Positions 50,951 to 63,599 of a DNA stretch of 64,000 nucleotides are shown here, one piece after another. Origin of the DNA: an uncultured Gemmatimonadaceae bacterium (GTDB lineage Bacteria; Gemmatimonadota; Gemmatimonadetes; Gemmatimonadales; Gemmatimonadaceae); contig CAWAGQ010000004.1 of the NCBI GenBank assembly GCA_963781585.1, positions 864,001 to 928,000 on the forward strand, in the 5' to 3' direction. Made by a program: the position numbers and the translations under genes. Under the pieces are notes generated by a model. It did no database searches, was not told where the DNA came from, and was given only the letters and a program-made list of their open reading frames with translations. Positions within the stretch are counted from its first letter, which is position 1, and the number at the start of each line of letters is the position of its first letter.

Positions 50951-51685
50951 CTAGAGCATCCCGCCCTCCGCAAATGAAGTGTAGCGTCCTCTCCCAATGA
51001 TTACATGGTCATGAACCGGAATGTCGAGCAGCCGGCCGGCGGATACCATCTGCTCGGTCACCAACCGGTCGTCGGGAGACGGGGTCGGGTCCCCGCTGGG
51101 GTGGTTGTGCACCAGGATGATCGCCGCCGCCCGCTCCGCGATCGCCTCCCGGAAGACCTCCCGCGGGTGTACGAGCGACGAGTTGAGAATCCCTCGCGTA
51201 ATGGTGACGTCCCGCTCGAGCCGATACTGGGCATCCAGCACCGCCACGTGAAATTCCTCGACCGGAAGGTCCTCCAGCCGAGGGGCAAAGGCGAGAAATA
51301 CGTCGCGCGGAGACCGCACCGGGGCGCCCTCGTCACGCACTTCCGCGCCCAGCCTCCTTCCCAGTTCCAGCGCCGCATGCAGAACCGCAGCCCGGGCGGC
51401 GCCAACGCCGCGTACGGTCGTGAGAGTCGCCATCGGCCGCGATGCGATCCGGCGCAGCGAGCCCCCTGAACCCGCGAGGATCTCCTGGGCGAGCAGCAGC
51501 GCCGGGCGATCTCTGGAACCCGCACCCAGCACGATGGCAAGCAGCTCGATCGCACTCAACGACGATGCACCCAGGCGCACGAGTCGCTCGCGTGGCCGCT
51601 CGTCCGCGGGGAGCTCGCGAATACTGAGAGTGCGCGCCGGTGGTACCGGCGCATTTCGGGAAGGGGCCGGCGGAGTCTCACGCAT
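50951..51685 (-). CDS. radC: RadC family (JAB/MPN) protein
   Basis: ERPRERL, ELLAIVL, HhH GVGAARA, VHPREVF, HNHPSGDPTPSPDD, DHVIIG. Confidence 0.93.
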   Translation of the reverse strand: MRETPPAPSRNAPVPPARTLSIRELPADERPRERLVRLGASSLSAIELLAIVLGAGSRDRPALLLAQEILAGSGGSLRRIASRPMATLTTVRGVGAARAAVLHAALELGRRLGAEVRDEGAPVRSPRDVFLAFAPRLEDLPVEEFHVAVLDAQYRLERDVTITRGILNSSLVHPREVFREAIAERAAAIILVHNHPSGDPTPSPDDRLVTEQMVSAGRLLDIPVHDHVIIGRGRYTSFAEGGML

Positions 51686-52019
51686 GGCTTTGTTCACAGG
51701 TTGGGAACTGCCACAGATACGCTGGCGGCGGCTCAAGGCCGTCATCGAACGACTGCACGACGCATCTGCGCGTCGCGACCGGCATCCCCCGGACCGGCAC
51801 CGTACGGATGCGGGATGGGCGGACTCGGATAGCACCACCGGCTGCCCGGACGGCTGGCAGAGACAAGCCATAACACGTTCACTATCAACGCATTATCGCA
51901 CGTTCGCTGCCGCACGGTACTTCCGTCACCCGACGCGACAAGAGCCTTCACGCTCAGACTTCGGGATCGCACTGTTCGCCAACAGCGGTGAGCTGAAACC
52001 TGCCGCTGGCGGGTGTCTG

Positions 52020-52051
52020 CTGAGAACTGACCGCTGATGACTGATGCCTGG
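52020..52051. repeat. heptamer-periodic CTGA repeat
   Basis: CTGA at 52020, 52027, 52034 and 52041, and CTGG at 52048. Confidence 0.5.
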
Positions 52052-52069
52052 CTGCGGATTCCTGCCGTC

Positions 52070-55000
52070 CTACGCGCTCGCCCCGTGGCACTTCTTGAAC
52101 TTTTTTCCGGATCCGCAGGGACAGGGGTCGTTCCTTCCCACGCTCGCCCAGTTCGCGTCGCCGGACGCGCCGCCCGCGCTGCGGATGCTGGTGCTCCCCA
52201 TCTGCGAAAGCGACTTCGTGCGCCCGGCTCCCACGACCAGCGGGTCCTGCCGCGCGGAGACAGTCTTCTTTGGCGGCTCGTCGGGCGCGACGTCCATCAC
52301 CGTCTGCTGGCCGTCACCGTCCAGCGACGCACCGGCGGCCACCGGCTCTTCGGCCGGGATGTCCTCGAGGATGCCTAACGCGTTGTAGCGGCGCTGCGGT
52401 GCGGCGGAAGGACCGCCGCCGCCCCCGGGGCCACGACCGCCGTCCCCCTGCGGCGCCGGCGTCGGCGGCCCGAATACGAGCTGTGCGCGAAGGAACCGTT
52501 CGGTGAACGTGGTGTGGATGTCGTTCATCAGGTCCACGAACATCGTGTACGCTTCCTGCTTGTACTCGATCAGGGGATCCTTCTGGCCCCACGAGCGATA
52601 GTGGATGGCCGCCCTGAGCTGGTCGAGGTCGTAGAGGTGGTCCTTCCACTTTTCGTCCAGGACGTTGAGCATCACAAGGGAGAGCAGCCGGCTGGCGAAG
52701 CCCTGACCCGTCTCGTCCTGCACCTCGTTCAGGCCGGTCTCCTTCACCTCGAACGCCTTCAGCGCCGCGCCCAGGGCTGCTGTCGACAGACCTTCCACGG
52801 TGGTCGGCGAGTCGTCGGCCTCGAGTTCCGGCACGACCAGCAGGTAGTGCATCAGCAGTTCCTGCCGCAGGAGCCCCAGATCCCACTGGTTTGCGTCTTC
52901 GTATTCGCCGGCAAAATCCTCCACGCGCTTTTGCACGGCCTTCTCGACCATCTTCAGCGCTTCGCCGCGCAATTCCTCCCCCCCTCGAGGGCGAACGAGC
53001 GCAGCGAGTAGATCACCTCGCGCTGCTGGTTCATCACGTCGTCGTATTCGAGGAGGCGCTTGCGGGCCTGGAAGTTCTGCAGTTCGACCCGCTTCTGCGC
53101 CTGCTCGATGGACCGGGTGATGAGGGGATGAGTAAGGACTTCCCCTTCCTGGGCACCCAGCCGGTCCATCAGGCGCGCGATGCGCTCCGAGCCGAAGAGC
53201 CGCATCAGATCGTCTTCCAGGGAGAGGAAGAATTGTGACGCGCCGGGATCGCCCTGGCGGCCGGCCCGACCGCGCAGCTGTCGATCGATGCGACGTGACT
53301 CGTGGCGTTCCGAGCCGACGATGTGCAACCCGCCGCACTCCTCGACGTCGATCGGGTTCCCTTCCGGATCCTTGACGCGGGAGGGCTTCGACACGGTGAT
53401 GCCGGCCCCGAGTTTGATGTCGGTTCCGCGACCGGCCATGTTGGTCGCGATTGTCACCGCACCCGGCTGGCCGGCATTGGCGACGATCTCGGCCTCGCGC
53501 TGGTGGTACTTCGCGTTGAGTACACTGTGCGGCAGGGCGGCGCGCTTGAACATGCGCGACAGCGTTTCCGACACCTCCACGCTCACCGTCCCGACCAGTA
53601 CCGGGTAGCCGAGGTCGTGCAGTCGCCGCGTTTCCTCGACGATCGCGTTGTATTTCTCGCGCCGGGTCTTGAAGACGAGGTCCTGCCGGTCGTCGCGGAT
53701 CACCGGGCGGTTGGTCGGGATCACCGCCACGTCGAGCTTGTAGATCTGGTGGAATTCGGTCTCCTCGGTCTCGGCGGTGCCGGTCATGCCGGCGAGCTTT
53801 TCGTACATGCGGAAGTAGTTCTGGATGGTGATGGTCGCGAGCGTCTGCGTCTCGCCCTTGACCTTCACGCTCTCCTTGGCTTCCACCGCCTGGTGCAGCC
53901 CCTCCGACCAGCGGCGGCCCGGCATGGTACGGCCGGTGAACTCGTCGACGATCAGGACCTCGCCATCCTGGACCACGTAGTTGACGTCCTTCTCGTAGAG
54001 CGCGTGCGCCCGCAGGAGCTGGTGGACGATGTGGAGCTTCTCGCTCTTCATCGCGTATTCGGTCTCGATCGACTTCCGCGCGTCGAGCTTTTCCTGCGGC
54101 GACATCTCTCCGTCGTGTTCGATCCGGTGGATTTCGGTGGAGATATCGGGGAGCTCGAACTGGTCGTGATCGGACGGCGAGAGCGCGTCGACACCCCGAT
54201 CGGTGAGGTGCACGGTGTGGCCCTTCTCGTCCAGCACGAAGTACAGGTCGTTCTCCAGCTCCCGGTACTGCTGTTTGTTCGGCGACACCTTCCGGTCCGC
54301 CAGATAGTCCAGCTCCATCCGGTTCACCAGCTGCTTCACGCCGGGCTCCTGCATGGACTTGAGCAGCCGCTTGTTCTTCGGATGGCCGAGCTGCGCCTTG
54401 TACAGCGCCAGGGCCGCCGCCGCCTGGTCGCCCGTTTCCAGCGCGCGTTCGCCCTCACCCACCAGCGCGTTCACCACCTCGGTCTGCCGGCGGAACATCC
54501 GCTCGACCGCGCTGTTGTGGTCCGCGAACATCTCGTCGTTTTCGTTGCCCACCGGACCCGAGATGATCAGCGGCGTTCGGGCTTCGTCGATCAGCACGGA
54601 GTCCACTTCGTCCACGATCGCGTACCAGTGGGTCTTCTGCACCCGCTGGTCCAGCGAGATCACCATGTTGTCGCGCAGATAATCGAAGCCGAATTCGTTG
54701 TTGGTGCCGTAGGTGATATCGCACTCGTAGGCGGCGCGGCGGGCCGGGCTCCCCGGTTCGGTGTCATCGATGCACCCGACGGTGAGGCCCAGGTATTCAT
54801 ACACATGGCCCATCCATTGCGAGTCGCGACGCGCCAGGTACGAGTTGACCGTGACCAGATGCGAGCCTTTTCCCGGTAACGCGTTCAGGTACAGTGGCAG
54901 CGTCGCCACCAGCGTCTTGCCTTCGCCGGTGGCCATCTCGGCGATGCGCCCCAGATGGAGCTCGATGCCGCCCATCAGCTGGACGTCATACGGAACCATA

Positions 55001-55425
55001 TCCCAGGCCATCTCGCGGCCGGTGACCGTTATCGTGGTGCCTAACAAGCGGCGGGCCGCTTCCCGGACCGTGGCGAACGCCTCGGGCAGGATCTGGTCGA
55101 GCGTGTCGGCAATCACCTTTCGCAGTTCGGCATCCACCCCGCCCCGCCCGTCGACCCCTGTGAGGTCGTTGTCCAGCCGGTCCCGGTCGGCCGGATCCTT
55201 GGTGATCTTCTTGAGTTCCTTCAGCTCGGCGACGCGGCGCTCGAGTGCCTCGGTGCGGTCGTGCAGGATGCCCCGGAGCTTGGCGGTCTGACCCCGCAGC
55301 TCGTCATCGGACACTCCCTGCAACCGCGCGTAGTGCGCGTTGATCTCGTCGACAATGGGTTGAATCCGGCGACGCTCGCGCTCGTGTCGCGATCCGAAGA
55401 GCTTTCCGGCTACCTGCTTGAGCAT
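52070..55425 (-). CDS. secA: preprotein translocase subunit SecA, frameshifted at 52978-52984 as given
   Basis: N-part ORF 52954-55425 ([38 protein letters not shown]). The C-part is in another frame ([39 protein letters not shown]). One extra G in the G7 run joins them into a 1118-aa protein. Confidence 0.95.
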
Positions 55426-55434
55426 TCGTGCCCC

Positions 55435-56052
55435 TTATCGGTACAGCCCGCTCGACTCGATGTAGCGGGCGACATCGTCCACGACGAATCCGCGCACCGA
55501 CCGGCCCGCCCGGATCCGTGCACGGATCTCGGTGGACGAGACATCGACGCGCCGCGCGCCGACGAGGACCGGCTCGCGCGGGGCCCCGCCCTCACCCGCC
55601 AGCGTCCGCACGCGGTCCCGGATCAGCGCGGGCGTCACTGGTGCCGCGTCGGTAGCACGCGTCAGCACGGCGAGCCGCGCCAGGCTGACGATCCGCGCCG
55701 GCTCGCGCCATGACTCCAGACTCTGCAACGCGTCCGATCCGATGAAAAAGAACCGCTCCGCATCAGGGTGATGCGTGGCGTACCACTGCAGCGTATCCAC
55801 CGTGTAAGATAGCCCCTTCCGCTCGATTTCGATCGTGTCCACCGAGAATCGCCGGTCTCCATCCACCATCGCGTGGAGCATGGCGAGCCGGGCCTCGGCG
55901 GGAGCGGCCTCCCGCGACTGCTTCAGCGGTTGCTGGGCGGCCGGAATGAAGACCACGCGGTCGAGTGCCAGCACCTCCCAGGCGTCGGTCGCAGCCAGCA
56001 GATGTCCGATGTGCGGCGGATCGAACGACCCGCCGAAGAGCCCGAGACGCAC
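55435..56052 (-). CDS. nadD: nicotinate-nucleotide adenylyltransferase
   Basis: GGSFDPPHIGH, SYTVDTL, FIGSD, VSSTEIR. Confidence 0.96.
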   Translation of the reverse strand: MRLGLFGGSFDPPHIGHLLAATDAWEVLALDRVVFIPAAQQPLKQSREAAPAEARLAMLHAMVDGDRRFSVDTIEIERKGLSYTVDTLQWYATHHPDAERFFFIGSDALQSLESWREPARIVSLARLAVLTRATDAAPVTPALIRDRVRTLAGEGGAPREPVLVGARRVDVSSTEIRARIRAGRSVRGFVVDDVARYIESSGLYR

Positions 56053-56055
56053 TGG

Positions 56056-56847
56056 TCAGGGCGAATCGCGCGCGGAAGGCGGGCGGGGCGGCGTCGCCTC
56101 GGTCACCGGCGGGCCGCACACGGACGACACGTCCCCGTCGCGCGGATATCGCTCGTGCAGCGTCGCGCAGACTTCCGCCTTGTCCTGCTTGTACTTGATG
56201 CGGTCATAGACTTCCGCGAGCCGCAGGTAGGCGTCGTGCACGCGCGCGGTATCGGGATAGCGATCGACCACGCTGCGGAAGTAGATGAGGGCCGGGTCGT
56301 ACGCCTTGCGCCGAAGGTAGTACATGCCGGTCTGGTAGTCCTTGGTGGCGTATCGCTCGCTCAGAATCCCGATCTGCTTGAGCGCCGAATCGCGAAGCGG
56401 GCTGTCCGGATACAGGGAGAGCATGGTCTGATACGTGGCCAGGGCTGCACCACCGTACTTCGCGTCGAGGTCCGGTCGGCGCCACAATAACTGGTACTCC
56501 AGTCCGGCCTGATACTGGGCATCGGCCGCCAGCGAGTCGGTCGGAAAACTCTCCGACAGTCGCAGATATTCCTGCGCGGCCAGGAGATGCTCGCCACGCC
56601 GCGCGTGCGCCTCGCCGAGATAGAAGTGCGATCGCGGAAGCAGCGTGTCGCGGACCGGCAGCTCGAGGGTGAGCTTCTCGAAGACCTGAATCGCGTTGCC
56701 CCAATGCCGGGCCTGAAACTGGCGAACCCCGGCCGCATAGAGCGATTCGCTGGTGGGAAACTGACTGACTTTGAACGACGATGCGCACGCCAGCATCCAG
56801 GCGATGCCGACCAGGCCGGCGTTCGGAATCTTGCGGTGTCGGACCAT
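56056..56847 (-). CDS. bamD: outer membrane protein assembly factor BamD
   Basis: Lipobox MLAC, TPRs, YYLRRKAYDPA..YF..VVDRYPDT. Confidence 0.85.
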   Translation of the reverse strand: MVRHRKIPNAGLVGIAWMLACASSFKVSQFPTSESLYAAGVRQFQARHWGNAIQVFEKLTLELPVRDTLLPRSHFYLGEAHARRGEHLLAAQEYLRLSESFPTDSLAADAQYQAGLEYQLLWRRPDLDAKYGGAALATYQTMLSLYPDSPLRDSALKQIGILSERYATKDYQTGMYYLRRKAYDPALIYFRSVVDRYPDTARVHDAYLRLAEVYDRIKYKQDKAEVCATLHERYPRDGDVSSVCGPPVTEATPPRPPSARDSP

Positions 56848-57053
56848 GGCGGGTTGTGAGTACCCGATGCTATTGCAAACGGTTCATCGCGCTCCCCGCG
56901 TGCAACGCACGGGCGTGGGCAAACGTGAAACATAACGCGGCGCGCGAGGGGGGTGCTCACCCGGCCATGCACGTGCCCCGGGTTCCTCGTCCGCCGGGCC
57001 GGCATCATTCGAGCTTCGTCCCGCTGGGGCGGCGGCGAACGCCCCGGTCGGCG

Positions 57054-58010
57054 TCAGGCGCTTCGCGGGCGTCGGGCGCCGGGGCCAAGCGACCGGAAGT
57101 ACTCGATGGTTCGCGTCACGCCCTCGCGGAGCGGGACCCGTGGTTCCCAGCCGAGCGTCTCCCTGGCCCTGGAGATGTCGGGCTTGCGCACCTTGGGATC
57201 ATCGACCGGCAGGGGCTCGTAGTGGATCGGGGAGGTGGTCCCGGTGAGGTCCACGACCAGCTCAGCCAGCTGCCGCACGGTGTACTCGTCGGGATTCCCG
57301 ACATTGGTCGGGGCCGCCGTGCCGTGCTGGAAGAGTCGGTAGATGCCATCGATCTCGTCGTCGACGTAGCAGAACGAGCGGGTCTGGCTGCCGTCGCCAT
57401 AGATCGTGATCGGCTCATCGCCCAGCGCCTGAATGATGAAGTTCGACACCACTCGGCCGTCGCGCGGCCGCATGCGCGGACCGTAGGTGTTGAAGATCCG
57501 GACGATCCGCGTGTCGAGACCGTGCACCCGGTGGTACGCCATGGTCATGGCTTCGGCAAAGCGCTTGGCTTCATCGTACACGCCCCGTGGCCCGATCGGA
57601 TTGACGTTGCCCCAGTACGACTCGGGTTGCGGATGGACCAGCGGGTCGCCGTAGACCTCGGAGGTGGACGCCAGGAAGAAGCGAGCCCCCTTGGCCTTGG
57701 CGAGGCCTAACGCGTTGTGCGTGCCTAACGCCCCGACCTTGAGCGTGGCGATCGGATGTTCCAGGTAATCCACCGGGCTGGCGGGAGACGCGAAGTGGAG
57801 CACGCCGTCCACCGGTCCGGCGACGTACATGTAGGTCGAGACGTTGTGCCGGAAGAACTCGAAGTCCGGTCGTCCCATCAGGTGGGCGATGTTGTCCGGG
57901 TTCCCGGTCACGAAGTTGTCGATGCCCACCACCCGATGCCCGTCGGCGAGGAACCGGTCGCTGAGGTGCGAGCCGAGGAACCCCGCCGCCCCGGTGATGA
58001 CGACTCTCAT
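57054..58010 (-). CDS. uxs: UDP-glucuronate decarboxylase (UDP-xylose synthase family)
   Basis: [44 protein letters not shown]. Confidence 0.9.
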   Translation of the reverse strand: MRVVITGAAGFLGSHLSDRFLADGHRVVGIDNFVTGNPDNIAHLMGRPDFEFFRHNVSTYMYVAGPVDGVLHFASPASPVDYLEHPIATLKVGALGTHNALGLAKAKGARFFLASTSEVYGDPLVHPQPESYWGNVNPIGPRGVYDEAKRFAEAMTMAYHRVHGLDTRIVRIFNTYGPRMRPRDGRVVSNFIIQALGDEPITIYGDGSQTRSFCYVDDEIDGIYRLFQHGTAAPTNVGNPDEYTVRQLAELVVDLTGTTSPIHYEPLPVDDPKVRKPDISRARETLGWEPRVPLREGVTRTIEYFRSLGPGARRPRSA

Positions 58011-59314
58011 TCGCCGCCCCGCCCGATCGAGAAGTATCGGAACCCGAGGTTCCGGAGCTTGGTCGCGTCGTACAGGTTCCGGCCGTCGACGATGATCGGC
58101 TGGCGCAACGCCGTCTTGATGCGCCCGAAGTCGGGGTGCCGGTACTCGTTCCAGTCGGTGACCACGACCAGTGCGTCGGCACCGGTCAGGGCGTCGTAGT
58201 TCGAGGACGCGTAGGTGATTCGCGCGCCGATGTGTCGCCGCGCCGCATCCATCGCCGCGGGGTCGTGGGCGGTGATGGTGGCACCCGTCGCCAGCACCGC
58301 CTCGATGAGGACCAGCGACGGCGCCTCCCGCATGTCATCGGTGTTGGGCTTGAACGACAGCCCCCAGAGCGCGACGTGGGAGGTCCCCAATCCCGTCCCC
58401 AGCGCAGACTGCAGCTTCTCGAACAGCCGGTGCTTCTGCCGCTCGTTCGCCACCTCCACCGACTCGAGCACCCCCAATGGCCGGTCGAACTCGCGCCCGG
58501 TCCGGATCAGTGCCTTCACGTCCTTCGGGAAGCACGATCCGCCGTACCCCGGCCCGGGAAACAGGAACGAGGATCCGATGCGCGTGTCGCTCCCCACCCC
58601 CTTCCGCACCAGGTCGACATTGGCGCCGACGCGCTCGCAGAGGTTTGCGATCTCGTTCATGAACGAGATGCGGGTGGCGAGCATCGCGTTGGCAGCGTAC
58701 TTGGTCATTTCCGCCGATGCGATGTCCATGAAGATGATCGGCTTCCCGGTGCGAACGAACGGCGCGTACAACTCGGCCATTACGCTGCGGGCGTGATCCG
58801 ACTCGACGCCGAGCACCACCCGATCGGGCTTCATGAAGTCGTCGACCGCCGCGCCTTCCTTGAGGAACTCGGGATTGCTGCACATGTGAAACGGGTGCCG
58901 GGCGTATTGGGCCACCGCCGCGCTCACCTTGGCGGCGGTCCCCACCGGCACGGTGGACTTGGTGACGATCACCATCTCGCGCGTCATGTGACGACCGATC
59001 TGGTCGGCGACGTCGAGCACGTGCCGGAGATCGGCCGACCCGTCCTCGTCAGGCGGGGTCCCCACCGCGATGAAGACGACGTCGGCACGGGCGATCGCCG
59101 CGGCGATGTCGGCCGTGAACCCGAGGCGCCCCTGGCGCTGATTCCGCTCCACCAGGGTCTCGAGCTCCGGCTCGTAGATCGGGATCACGTTCTGCTTGAG
59201 CGAATCGATCTTGCGTCCATCCAGATCGGCGCAGATCACGTCGTTGCCGGTTTCCGCCAGGCACGCCCCCACCACCAGCCCCACGTATCCCGTCCCGATG
59301 ACCGAGATGTTCAC
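58007..59314 (-). CDS. ugd: UDP-glucose 6-dehydrogenase
   Basis: [43 protein letters not shown]. Confidence 0.92.
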   Translation of the reverse strand: MNISVIGTGYVGLVVGACLAETGNDVICADLDGRKIDSLKQNVIPIYEPELETLVERNQRQGRLGFTADIAAAIARADVVFIAVGTPPDEDGSADLRHVLDVADQIGRHMTREMVIVTKSTVPVGTAAKVSAAVAQYARHPFHMCSNPEFLKEGAAVDDFMKPDRVVLGVESDHARSVMAELYAPFVRTGKPIIFMDIASAEMTKYAANAMLATRISFMNEIANLCERVGANVDLVRKGVGSDTRIGSSFLFPGPGYGGSCFPKDVKALIRTGREFDRPLGVLESVEVANERQKHRLFEKLQSALGTGLGTSHVALWGLSFKPNTDDMREAPSLVLIEAVLATGATITAHDPAAMDAARRHIGARITYASSNYDALTGADALVVVTDWNEYRHPDFGRIKTALRQPIIVDGRNLYDATKLRNLGFRYFSIGRGGE

Positions 59315-59354
59315 GCCGGCACCTCGATTCGTGGCGCGGACCCGGGCCGCCAGG

Positions 59355-60686
<1,332 letters not shown>

Positions 60687-60724
60687 TCCTGGTTCGGGCA
60701 CAAGGTTCACCGATGTAGGGACGC

Positions 60725-61837
60725 TCAGCGCCCGTAGAAGGCACGAATCGCGCCAATGACTTCATCCAGCTGATCGTGCGTAAGCTCGGGAAAGATCGGT
60801 AGCGACAGCACCTCGCGCGCCGCCCGCTCGGATTCGGGGAAAGCGCCTTCCCGATAGCCCAGGTGCGCAAAACAGGGCTGGAGATGGAGGGGAAGCGGAT
60901 AGTAGATGGCGGTGCCGATACCACGTTCCCTGAGATACGCCTGCAGCGCATCCCGGCGCTCCACGCGCAGCGTGAACTGATTGTAGATCGACTCGTTCGC
61001 CGGATCCACCACCGGCGGGCGCACCTCGGCGAGGTCCTCGAGCGCGGAAGCATAGTAGGCGGCATTGGCCCGCCGTCCGGCGCTCCAGCGGGCAAGGTGC
61101 GGCAGTTTGGCCGAGAGCACGGCCGCCTGCAGCGCGTCGAGCCGGCTGTTGAAGCCCACCTCGTCGTGAAAGTACATCTTTGCCCCCCCATGCATCCGCA
61201 GCCGCCGGAGGCGATCCGCCAGCGCCGCGTCACGGGTCACGATCATGCCGCCGTCCCCCCAGGCCCCGAGGTTCTTCGACGGAAAGAAGCTGAGGGTTCC
61301 CATGGTCGCGGCTTCACCCGCCATCACACGGCGTCCGTCGATCGTACGGCTGGCACCGATCGACTGCGCCGCGTCCTCGATAATGGGAATCCCCGGCAAC
61401 ATGGCCCAGACGCGCTCGATGGCCGCCATCTGACCGAACAGGTCAACGGGAATCACTGCCCGGGTCCGCGAGGTCCTGGCCGCCACCGCGGCTTCGGGCG
61501 ACAGGTTGAAGGTGTCGGGCTCGATGTCACAGAACACCGGCTGGGCGCCGACGTTGTGGACCGCTCCGGCTGTAGCAAAGAACGTGAACGGCGGGACGAT
61601 CACCTCGTCGCCTGGCCCGATATCAAGCGCGCGAAGCGCCAGGAGGATCGCATCGGTGCCGCTGGCGCAGCCGACGGCGAACTCGGTATGAGACAGGGCG
61701 GCGACCTCGCCTTCCAGCCGGACGACGGGCTCACCGAGAATGAACCGTTGTTCGGCCACCACGCGCATCGCGGCGTCGGTGACGTCATCCTTGATGGCAG
61801 CGTGCTGGGCGCGAAGATCGAGAAGCGGTACTGGCAT
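60725..61837 (-). CDS. DegT/DnrJ/EryC1/StrS aminotransferase (WbpE-like)
   Basis: SGTDA, EDAAQ, SFFPSKNLGAWGDGG (PLP lysine), NSRLDALQA. Confidence 0.92.
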   Translation of the reverse strand: MPVPLLDLRAQHAAIKDDVTDAAMRVVAEQRFILGEPVVRLEGEVAALSHTEFAVGCASGTDAILLALRALDIGPGDEVIVPPFTFFATAGAVHNVGAQPVFCDIEPDTFNLSPEAAVAARTSRTRAVIPVDLFGQMAAIERVWAMLPGIPIIEDAAQSIGASRTIDGRRVMAGEAATMGTLSFFPSKNLGAWGDGGMIVTRDAALADRLRRLRMHGGAKMYFHDEVGFNSRLDALQAAVLSAKLPHLARWSAGRRANAAYYASALEDLAEVRPPVVDPANESIYNQFTLRVERRDALQAYLRERGIGTAIYYPLPLHLQPCFAHLGYREGAFPESERAAREVLSLPIFPELTHDQLDEVIGAIRAFYGR

Positions 61838-61896
61838 GTGGGTCAGGAGTGAGAGGTACGGCCTGGCGGTTGGATCCGGGTCGGACAGACGCGGAA

Positions 61897-62943
61897 TCAG
61901 TCGCCCGCGTGCAGTGGCAGGTGAACCTCATGCGCGGTCCGGGCCGATTCGTACGCCGCCACGATCAGCTCGAGCGACTTGCGTCCTTCGCGGCCATCCG
62001 TGTCGGCCCGGGCTTCGCCCCGGATGACCGCCAGCACGTTCCGGTAGTATCCGGCGTGCCCGAACCCATAGACGTCAGGTGGATTGGTGGTCGCCGCCTC
62101 GACGAGTTTGTCGTCATCATCGTAGTCCGCGAACATCCAGTGCTCCACGCGGTTCACCGCTGTCCCGCCGATCTTGACGCTCCCCTTCTCGCCCAGGAGG
62201 GTGATCGAACCCTCCAGATTCCGCGGGTAGGTGAGCATCGTGACTTCAATGACCCCGAGCGCCCCCGATCGAAACCGCAGCAGGACGACAGCGGTGTCTT
62301 CGGCCTCGATGCGGCGGCCCAGGGTCGCGGCGCCGGCCATTACGCCCTCGACCGGCCCCGCCAGCCACTGGATCAGATCCACGTAATGGGAGGCCTGGTT
62401 CATCAGGGCGCCGCCGTCCAGCGCCCAGGTTCCGCGCCACGGCGCCTGATCGTAGTACTCCTGCGGTCGTGCCCAGCGAACGGTGGTGTTTGCCAGGTAG
62501 ATCCGCCCGAACCGCCCTCGATCGATGGCGCGTTTCAGGAGCTGCACCGCCGGGTTCAGCCGATTCTGCTTCACCACGAACAGTTGCACGCCGGCGTCGT
62601 CACAGGCCCGCATCAGCGCGTCCGCACCGGCCAGCGAAATAGCCATCGGCTTCTCGACAACCACGTGCCGTCCGGCGCGCGCGGCCATCACGCCGTGCTC
62701 CGGATGCAGCCCCGACGGTGTGCACACCGCGACCGCTTCACATGCGACCTGGTCGAGCATCGTCGCGTAGTCGGAGAACCAGGGAACGCCGTTGGCGTCA
62801 CCCGCCGCCCGGGCGCGCTGTTCGATGATGTCGCACACCCCGGCCAGCACCAGCCCGGGGAGCTTGCCGATCGCTTCGAAGTGGGTCCGGCTGATGCGAC
62901 CGCAACCAACCAGCGCGATGCGGACCGGCGTGCCCGGGCTCAT
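61897..62943 (-). CDS. Gfo/Idh/MocA oxidoreductase (WbpB/WlbA-like)
   Basis: [45 protein letters not shown]. Confidence 0.9.
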   Translation of the reverse strand: MSPGTPVRIALVGCGRISRTHFEAIGKLPGLVLAGVCDIIEQRARAAGDANGVPWFSDYATMLDQVACEAVAVCTPSGLHPEHGVMAARAGRHVVVEKPMAISLAGADALMRACDDAGVQLFVVKQNRLNPAVQLLKRAIDRGRFGRIYLANTTVRWARPQEYYDQAPWRGTWALDGGALMNQASHYVDLIQWLAGPVEGVMAGAATLGRRIEAEDTAVVLLRFRSGALGVIEVTMLTYPRNLEGSITLLGEKGSVKIGGTAVNRVEHWMFADYDDDDKLVEAATTNPPDVYGFGHAGYYRNVLAVIRGEARADTDGREGRKSLELIVAAYESARTAHEVHLPLHAGD

Positions 62944-63599
62944 CGCCCGCCCGCCGGCGTGAGCGTCTCGTGGCCGAGGGTGTACTGGCGGCCGCACACG
63001 CTGCAGGAGATGGCGCGGGCCGACGTTTCAGCCCTCGTGCGGCCCCGCACTGCTTCCACGCTCCCGTCCTCCGCTGCCCGGCCGCCGTCCCCAGGCACGC
63101 GAAGGACCTCGCCGCATTCGCACACCCACCCCACCCGCTTTGCGGGGACTCCCACGGCCAGGCCGTACGCCGGCACGTCTTTCGTCACTACCGCGCCGGC
63201 GCCCACGAACGCGAATTCTCCCAGCGTCACGCCGCACACCACCGTGGCGTTGGCCCCGATGGTCGCGCCGCGACGCACCAGCGTCTGGCGGTAGTCGTGC
63301 TTCCGCGATACGTGGCTTCGGGGATTGAGCACGTTGGTGAACACCATCGACGGCCCGCAGAACACGTCATCCTCGAGCACCACGCCCTCGTAGATCGAGA
63401 CATTGTTCTGGACCTTGACGTTGTTGCCGATCCGGGTGCCCGGCATCACCACCACGTTCTGACCGAGGTTGCAGCGCTCACCGATCACCGCCCCCGGCAT
63501 CACGTGGCAGAAGTGCCAGATCCTGGTGCCGGCTCCCACGATGGCCCCTTCATCCACGAATGAGCTGGGATGGATGAATGGCGGCGCTTGAGGGCTCAC
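62940..63599 (-). CDS. hexapeptide-repeat N-acetyltransferase (WbpD/WlbB-like)
   Basis: [47 protein letters not shown]. Confidence 0.9.
   Translation of the reverse strand: MSPQAPPFIHPSSFVDEGAIVGAGTRIWHFCHVMPGAVIGERCNLGQNVVVMPGTRIGNNVKVQNNVSIYEGVVLEDDVFCGPSMVFTNVLNPRSHVSRKHDYRQTLVRRGATIGANATVVCGVTLGEFAFVGAGAVVTKDVPAYGLAVGVPAKRVGWVCECGEVLRVPGDGGRAAEDGSVEAVRGRTRAETSARAISCSVCGRQYTLGHETLTPAGGR

Noticed and set aside
50951..51685. radC as a marker of a mobile element or defence island
   Set aside because: Full-length chromosomal type with an N-terminal HhH region. No integrase, att repeats or cargo genes nearby.
52070..53338. 422-aa ORF as an independent SEC-C protein
   Set aside because: Only the part below about 52980 is SecA-like. 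It is the frameshifted C-terminus of secA.
53302..54879. Long plus-strand ORFs (e.g. 53302-54879, 44167-45693, 59196-60737, 61849-63294)
   Set aside because: Antisense shadows of well-supported minus-strand genes, expected at high GC. No recognisable motifs.
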